NCBI GenBank assembly: GCA_001794635.1
Contig: MGKE01000008.1
Span: forward strand, 1 to 52,993
Direction of reading: 5' to 3'
DNA: 52,993 nucleotides
Origin: Candidatus Yanofskybacteria bacterium RIFCSPLOWO2_01_FULL_39_28
GTDB taxonomy: Bacteria > Patescibacteriota > Minisyncoccia > 2-02-FULL-40-12 > GWA2-44-9
Below are positions 47,216 to 52,993 of this stretch, in pieces. The notes below the pieces were generated by a model, which did no database searches, had not been told where the DNA came from, and was given only the letters and a program-made list of their open reading frames with translations. Position 1 is the stretch's first letter; each line of letters starts with the position of its first letter. Both the position numbers and the translations under genes were made by a program.

Positions 47216-47428
47216 TTAAGTGTAAGAAATACTTTTGCCAGTAACAATATTTTTAACCTGCGCTATTCCTCCAATTGTATCTGCAATACCAACCCAATGT
47301 TTTGCTTGTTTGGTAGCCTCGTTTTTACTCATTAATCCCTCGTATTTTAAATTGGATCCATGGCCACTAACATACAAGCCATACCAATGATCAATAAAAA
47401 AGTATAGGGTGATTTTTAAAAATTTCAT
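47216..47428 (-). CDS. Hypothetical small protein
   Basis: SD GGGAG; stop abuts the MazG-like start. Confidence 0.55.
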   Translation of the reverse strand: MKFLKITLYFFIDHWYGLYVSGHGSNLKYEGLMSKNEATKQAKHWVGIADTIGGIAQVKNIVTGKSISYT

Positions 47429-47544
47429 TATGTTCTCCCATCATGTAAATATACTAAACTCAAACTAACACAACACAAAAATAAATCAATAAAACAAAGC
47501 TAATCTTTAATATTTTGCAGACCATTTGGTTTCAAGGCTAACAT

Positions 47545-47687
47545 AATACTCAAATTAGTTAATAATTTGCTTTACTCAATAAATTTTAGTCGGAAAAATT
47601 AAACAATGGTTATGATATATCATAACCATTGTTTAATGCACACGGATACTAAAATTTATTGAGTAAATTGAGACTAATTTGAGTATT
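47545..47687. repeat. Composite inverted repeat with a central perfect 40-bp palindrome
   Basis: Arms 47545-47559/47673-47687 and 47571-47590/47648-47667; core 47598-47637. Confidence 0.9.
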
Positions 47688-47725
47688 TGTCCGAAGAAAT
47701 CCAACCGGTCGAAAAATATGAAAGA

Positions 47726-49564
47726 TTAGCTTTGTTCATTACCACCCATCGCCTCTTCCAATGCTTTCCTTAAATCATTAGTATTAACTTCAACCTTGGG
47801 TCTTTCTTTCCTTTCGTCCATCCTTCTGCCTCTAAAGTTAACTGGACCTTCCCTAAGTGCTTGGTTTAATGAGACGGGCCGTGGTTGTTCTAATGGTTTT
47901 GGCGGTTGAAATTGAGGTTTAGGCGATAACTGTTGAGCTTGAGATTTTGGTTGAATTTGAGGCGGTATTTGAACCTGGAGTTTAGTTTCAATCCTGGTTT
48001 CTGTTTGCAGTTGTGGTTTAGTCTGTAATGGTTGCGGAGATCTTTGCTGCCGCTCTTCCGGAGCAGACCTGGATCTTTGATCAGGATATTGTGTGGCAGA
48101 ATACATGTCTTGTCTAGGCGAGCCGCCGTAGCGAGCCTCGCCTGAAGGCGGGCGGTCAAAGGATGGCCGTCTATCTTGTTCAAAACGTCGTGGTTCAGGC
48201 CTTGGACCGGAATCACTAAATCTGGGCTGACCATCATAGCGAGTTTTGGGCTTTGGCTTCTCTTCGGCCTGCATAGAACCAGCCCATTCAGCAATAAGTT
48301 GCTCAACCACTTCACGAGGTGTGGCATAGGTTTTTCTAGAAAATTCAATAACTTCTTCCCGGTTTGTTTTTTCTAATTTAGGAAACGGTGGAATAGTCTG
48401 GGCGGAAAAACCTCTTGAAGAAACTCCGTCAATCATTAATTTTAGGTAAATATTATATTTACCTAAATTAACAATGTCGTTCATCAAAAAATCCGGCTGA
48501 AACCATTTTTCCAGAAACTCTCCATCTTCAGCTCCCACTCTGAAAGAAATTATTGTGCCGACATTACCAAAAACAGCATCCATAACTGGTTCTTCCATTT
48601 GTTTGATGTATTGATGAGCCATGATCAAACTCAAATGATATTTTCTGGCCTCGGATAATATATTAGCAAATGATTCGGTGGCAAAATGCTGGAATTCGTC
48701 AACATATAAATAGAAATCCAACCGATCTTTTTCGGCTATATCCACTCTAGACATAGCGGCTAATTGGATTTTGGTTACCAAAAGTGCGCCAAGTAATCGT
48801 GAAGCGTCTTCTCCGATTTTTCCCCGAGAAAGATTAACAATAAGAATCTTGCCTTCATCCATAATTTTCCTAACATCAATAGCAGAACGGACTTGACCAA
48901 TAATATTTCTGATTAAATTGTTGGAAATAAATTGACCGATCTTGTTCTGAATGGCCGGTGTCGCTTCCTGCATATAACGGTCGGTGTATTTGGCAAACTC
49001 GTCAACCCAGAAAGACCTGACAATCGGATCTTTGAGATTAGCTACAACTTTGTCCCGATAGTCTTTGTTGGAAAGCATCCTATTAATTCCCAGCAGGGTG
49101 GCTTCCGGATATTCAAGCAAGGCCAAAATAGTATTGTTTAAAATATATTCCATTCTACCCGACCAAACTTCAACACCGAATATTTTCTTGAAAACCCCCA
49201 GAAGACCGGAAGCAACCAAATGACGAAATTCATAGCCGACTTTTTCCATCACATTAAAAGCGATGGGGTGGCTTAAATCGCCAGGATCAAGATAGATTAC
49301 ATCTTTTATCCTTTCAGCTGGAATATGATCCAGAAGATCATCAGCGGCGTCACCATGAGGATCTATATAAGCAAGACCTCGGCCAGCTTCAATATCCTGA
49401 ATAGCCATATTCTTTAAGAATTCGGTCTTACCCATTCCCGTAGATCCGACTACATACATATGGCGACGGCGATCATCTGATTTAATGCCAAACCGCCACC
49501 TTTGATTACGGAAGTTTGTCTCTCCTAAGACGACCAATTGATTGTCAGTATTTTTAAGCATCAA
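47726..49564 (-). CDS. VirD4/TraD-like (HerA/FtsK superfamily) ATPase
   Basis: GSTGMGKT, IDPHGD, YVDEFQ, SEARKY, AHQ; low-complexity P/Q/R tail. Confidence 0.9.
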   Translation of the reverse strand: MMLKNTDNQLVVLGETNFRNQRWRFGIKSDDRRRHMYVVGSTGMGKTEFLKNMAIQDIEAGRGLAYIDPHGDAADDLLDHIPAERIKDVIYLDPGDLSHPIAFNVMEKVGYEFRHLVASGLLGVFKKIFGVEVWSGRMEYILNNTILALLEYPEATLLGINRMLSNKDYRDKVVANLKDPIVRSFWVDEFAKYTDRYMQEATPAIQNKIGQFISNNLIRNIIGQVRSAIDVRKIMDEGKILIVNLSRGKIGEDASRLLGALLVTKIQLAAMSRVDIAEKDRLDFYLYVDEFQHFATESFANILSEARKYHLSLIMAHQYIKQMEEPVMDAVFGNVGTIISFRVGAEDGEFLEKWFQPDFLMNDIVNLGKYNIYLKLMIDGVSSRGFSAQTIPPFPKLEKTNREEVIEFSRKTYATPREVVEQLIAEWAGSMQAEEKPKPKTRYDGQPRFSDSGPRPEPRRFEQDRRPSFDRPPSGEARYGGSPRQDMYSATQYPDQRSRSAPEERQQRSPQPLQTKPQLQTETRIETKLQVQIPPQIQPKSQAQQLSPKPQFQPPKPLEQPRPVSLNQALREGPVNFRGRRMDERKERPKVEVNTNDLRKALEEAMGGNEQS

Positions 49565-49699
49565 AAGTTGTAAATGCTAGTTATTAAATTAAAAATGTAA
49601 ATATCAAAATTAAAAATGACAATGTAAAATCATAAAATTTTCTGAATTCTTATAATTTTTACATTTTGAAATGTAATTTTTCATTTTGATTTTTGATTT

Positions 49700-50950
49700 T
49701 TACATTATCGGCAGTCCTACCGGTGGTTCGCCCTTTTTAGCTTCAACACGAGGTAATAATGGAGACTTCACTCCAACATCAGGAAAATGGTAAATCGTCG
49801 CCAGTTCTTCAGTGTTTAAAACGTATTTCATAAAAGGCATTTTTCTTTCTTTAAATGCCTGATAAATAGATACTTTCTTACGATAGAGTTTTGATTTCTT
49901 AAATAGTCCTTTGGCAAAAGTCAGAGTAAGTTTATTGTGTTTGAACCCGTTTAAATTCAGGGAAGAAAACTGCCTGAAAGCGCCGGTAACACCAGCGACA
50001 TGAGCTTGGTGAAAGTCATCTTTCAGTCCAATATACAAAAACCTGATTCCTGTTTCGTAACCAAGTTTATCCCAACTGCGTTCAACCGCTTTTAATATCT
50101 CTTGCTTGCCCGGACTTAAGTCAGCTCTCTTTTCTTCTTTTTTATCAGATGAAGAGCCGCTCACACCGCCTATGGCTTTATCTATGGAGAAAATTACATC
50201 AGATAAAAAGTTGCCCTTTAATGACGGGGTTGATTTACCCATAATTTTGTCTATTTCGGCTTGACCTTTCTTAATCCAACCATCACCAGTAGGAGCACCT
50301 AGAATCTGGACCCATATTTGTTCCCCGGCATGAAGAGTGCTAAAAAGTTCCGACAATGAAGCTAGAGGATCAACCCTCTTCGGATCATCCGGACCCATGC
50401 CTTTTTCTTCAAATTCAGGGTAGGTTCTGATGGGGAAAGCATCGGGTTTGTTTAATATCATTTCCGCGCCCCATAAATCATATTTGTCATCCGGAAGAGT
50501 TATGGGCAAATCATTAACATAGTCCGGTGCTTCTGATATCTCTGATTCAGGATATTGGGCATAAATTTGAGATTCTACAACATTTCTATATTTCTCCTGG
50601 GTTCGGATATAGAAATGAGTTTCCCCGCCCCTGCCAACCATTTCAAAAGAATACCAGTCAGGGACTTTTCCTTTAAAAAGTCGGGCGTGCCATTTTATCG
50701 GTATAACATAAACTCCATGCAAACCGGCAAAAACCTGCTCCATCGCTTTTGGACTTTTACGAACTTCGTGGGGTGGAGTTATCTCAAGCAAAATCCACTT
50801 TAAAGAAAGCCGGTATTTTAGATTTGTATAAATTTTGAGAGCAGAGAAAGAAACAATAAATAAAAGAACAGGCAAATAGATCCACCAAAAAAAGAGTAGA
50901 AATGAAAAAACCGTCTTGATACTATCAAGTATTAAAAGAAATGAATTCAT
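49700..50950 (-). CDS. Conserved membrane-anchored protein upstream of the ATPase
   Basis: TM, then LEI..P, SFE, YP, EELATIYHFP. Confidence 0.8.
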   Translation of the reverse strand: MNSFLLILDSIKTVFSFLLFFWWIYLPVLLFIVSFSALKIYTNLKYRLSLKWILLEITPPHEVRKSPKAMEQVFAGLHGVYVIPIKWHARLFKGKVPDWYSFEMVGRGGETHFYIRTQEKYRNVVESQIYAQYPESEISEAPDYVNDLPITLPDDKYDLWGAEMILNKPDAFPIRTYPEFEEKGMGPDDPKRVDPLASLSELFSTLHAGEQIWVQILGAPTGDGWIKKGQAEIDKIMGKSTPSLKGNFLSDVIFSIDKAIGGVSGSSSDKKEEKRADLSPGKQEILKAVERSWDKLGYETGIRFLYIGLKDDFHQAHVAGVTGAFRQFSSLNLNGFKHNKLTLTFAKGLFKKSKLYRKKVSIYQAFKERKMPFMKYVLNTEELATIYHFPDVGVKSPLLPRVEAKKGEPPVGLPIM

Positions 50951-50960
50951 TCGCTAATGA

Positions 50961-52022
50961 CTATACTTTTCTTAAAACGTAGCTTCCGTCTTCCTTTTTT
51001 GAAAAAACTTTGGAATCTTGAAGGTTTAAAAGGATAGTGTTTTCTTTAACCATTCTAGCATTCATAACCTTGGCCACCAAATCAGCTTTAGCTAAAGGTT
51101 TATTTGAGCTCCTAAGAACATCTACTAAAACGTCTTTGACGGTTCCCGGTTTATATCCCCACTCTGATAAGCCATACATCCCCCGACCAACTAAAACAAA
51201 CCTTGAGTCTTTGATAAGTTCATTATGAACAGTTTGAACATTGGCCTTTTTGGATGAAAACCCTGTTTCATTGATAAGTTTGGCTATTTCAGAAAAGTGT
51301 TTGGGTTGGCTTTCCTTTTTTAGTATCAAGTAAGCTTTATCCCTAACACCCTTTGGTTTAACTTCAGCCCAACCAACTAAACCGACTTCACCGAATACGT
51401 TTTTGCCAAGTTCCTTACTTATATTTAAAAGCATATTAAAATCTTTGGTGCCCCTAACCCCACTGTTAGCAACAAATAAGGCAAGCTCAGATGCAGCAAC
51501 GGGGCTTTTGTTACCTTCAAGAACTCTGACCACTTCCAATACATTGGTTTTGAATAAATCGGCACCTTGTTTGTCCACAGCCCAAAAAGAATGGAATAAG
51601 TCGTTTTCTCCAAATCTAACCGGCTCTCCGGCAAGAGCGAGAACGAAAACCAATGAAGCGTTAACCACATTCTCCCTATCATTTCCACTGAAAGCCTTAA
51701 ACATTTCGCTTTCCTTCATAACTCCCCCGTTGCCAGCCAATATTTCTTTGGCCAAAGATACATATTTAACTATATCAGGAGAACTGGCAACAGATTTAGC
51801 AAGCTGATTTAGAGAAAACTCTTCTATTTGCCTAACCCTTTCCCTGGTTATGCCGTAGCTTTTGCCTATTGACTCAAGGGTTTCTTTTTTGCCTGTTTTC
51901 AGACCAAAACGACGGGATATGATATCCTTATTTCTAGACGACAAGCTCTTCATTAGTAGAGCCGCTGTTTTTGTTATAGCAGAACTTGAATTTGCCATGT
52001 TTGACTTAGCTTTCTTTCCCAA
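50961..52022 (-). CDS. Sigma-70 region 4 plus HARE-HTH DNA-binding protein
   Basis: RRFGL...TLE.IG..YGITRERVRQIE; VHNELIKD.RFVLVGRG.Y; promoter TTGACC-17-TATCAT at 52066-52038; alternative start 51998. Confidence 0.85.
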   Translation of the reverse strand: MGKKAKSNMANSSSAITKTAALLMKSLSSRNKDIISRRFGLKTGKKETLESIGKSYGITRERVRQIEEFSLNQLAKSVASSPDIVKYVSLAKEILAGNGGVMKESEMFKAFSGNDRENVVNASLVFVLALAGEPVRFGENDLFHSFWAVDKQGADLFKTNVLEVVRVLEGNKSPVAASELALFVANSGVRGTKDFNMLLNISKELGKNVFGEVGLVGWAEVKPKGVRDKAYLILKKESQPKHFSEIAKLINETGFSSKKANVQTVHNELIKDSRFVLVGRGMYGLSEWGYKPGTVKDVLVDVLRSSNKPLAKADLVAKVMNARMVKENTILLNLQDSKVFSKKEDGSYVLRKV

Positions 52023-52069
52023 AAAGCTGTTTAATATATGATAGCATTAGTATGTAAATAGGTCAAGTG

Positions 52070-52993
52070 TTGATTACTGAGTTAGGTGAATAATGCGGTT
52101 ATCCCACTCATCCACTCAAGAATTTCCATGATGCTGGTAAGGTAGCAGTTGGCACGGAAGTTCTTGAGATGACGAGTTCTCTCTTCACCAAGTCTGAAGA
52201 CCCGCTTCTTTCTCGAAAAATATCTCTCAATCTCTGATCTTTTGTTAAGAAAGCTTCGGTTAAGGGTTCTACCTCCCTCTTTTCCTTTCCGATTTCTGGT
52301 AATGGCTTCCGAAGTCAGGCCGACAACCTCTTTGTGAGTGCGTCTGACTGGGATGCCGACTTTGGCATGTTTCCATTTTTGTTTAGCTTTGAAAACTAAT
52401 TCTTCTCCGTCATAGCCCATATCAGCTAGAAAACTTTTGACCTTTTTCCTCCATTCTTTAGGCGAACCACGAATTAAGTTTTTACCGAGCATAATATCTG
52501 ATCTGGCTCCAGGAGTAGCCACCTGAAGTAATGGCAATCTGGTCTTAAAATCAATCATTTGATGAAGTTTAAAGCCATTTTTCTCCTTGTAGCCATTGTA
52601 TTCGGAACCAATCTCATCTTTCTTGGAATATGTTTCGACAAAGGATGAATCAACAATTAGATTTAACTTTTCTCGGTTCTTCACTATCCAAGAAACCAAG
52701 GTTTTGAATATTACAGGAAACCACAGTTTTTTAATCAATCTCTGCCTGAATTTTACAAAGGTTGTATGGTCTATCCCAGACATACTCTCTAAATCTCGGT
52801 AACTGCAACCTTGAACTTGTCGATACATCAGCCAACAGAACATGATTACTTTATCATAGCCTTTTCGACCTCTGGGATTCGACCCCAGAAACTTACTGAG
52901 AGTTTTTCTTACTGTTGGATTGTTCATCCATTGAAATCGGGCATAGACTGGGATAGGATTAAAAGAACAAGAAGCGCCTATTTGGTTAAATGG
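52070..52993 (-). mobile_element. Insertion sequence (other end probably outside the window)
   Basis: Intact transposase; no matching inverted-repeat pair visible in the window. Confidence 0.65.
52082..52927 (-). CDS. DDE transposase (IS4/IS5-like)
   Basis: VDSS, GFKLH, ADMGYD, R.EIER.F. Confidence 0.9.
   Translation of the reverse strand: MNNPTVRKTLSKFLGSNPRGRKGYDKVIMFCWLMYRQVQGCSYRDLESMSGIDHTTFVKFRQRLIKKLWFPVIFKTLVSWIVKNREKLNLIVDSSFVETYSKKDEIGSEYNGYKEKNGFKLHQMIDFKTRLPLLQVATPGARSDIMLGKNLIRGSPKEWRKKVKSFLADMGYDGEELVFKAKQKWKHAKVGIPVRRTHKEVVGLTSEAITRNRKGKEGGRTLNRSFLNKRSEIERYFSRKKRVFRLGEERTRHLKNFRANCYLTSIMEILEWMSGITALFT

Noticed and set aside
47890-48348. 152-aa alternative-frame ORF
   Set aside because: Overlaps the low-complexity tail of the ATPase; no independent signals
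47726-50950. Conjugative element or ICE
   Set aside because: No relaxase, VirB genes or integrase in the window; such ATPases appear chromosomal in this kind of genome

Overview
AT-rich bacterial window read with standard code 11. Gene content and style (short aspS, presenilin-like protease, sigma4/HARE-HTH protein, VirD4-like ATPase pair, many SD-less core genes) suggest a Patescibacteria/CPR (Parcubacteria-like) chromosome; this is inference. It carries housekeeping genes (polX, udg, lon, murE, femX-like, ruvA, uvrB, rpsT, ftsW, mraY, aspS, ddl), tRNA-Lys(UUU) followed by a LAGLIDADG endonuclease gene, a hicBA module and an IS4/IS5-type transposase. Highlights: (1) an unexplained ~530-nt, densely structured RNA locus with its own sigma70 promoter and terminator (28335-28869); (2) a dispersed family of 130-230-nt rod-shaped elements with covarying stems and tandem G-A pairs (14360, 17510, 22613, 23419); (3) an NAD/ADP-ribose island (ADP-ribosylglycohydrolase, Nudix, pncB, HD, nadA, Nudix); (4) short palindromic and tandem repeats inserted in-frame in core genes; (5) 36-40-bp spacerless palindromes, an unannotated 45-aa basic protein and a PIN-like gene with a probable non-canonical start. 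No CRISPR array or rRNA was seen. All structure calls were made by eye, without folding or database searches.
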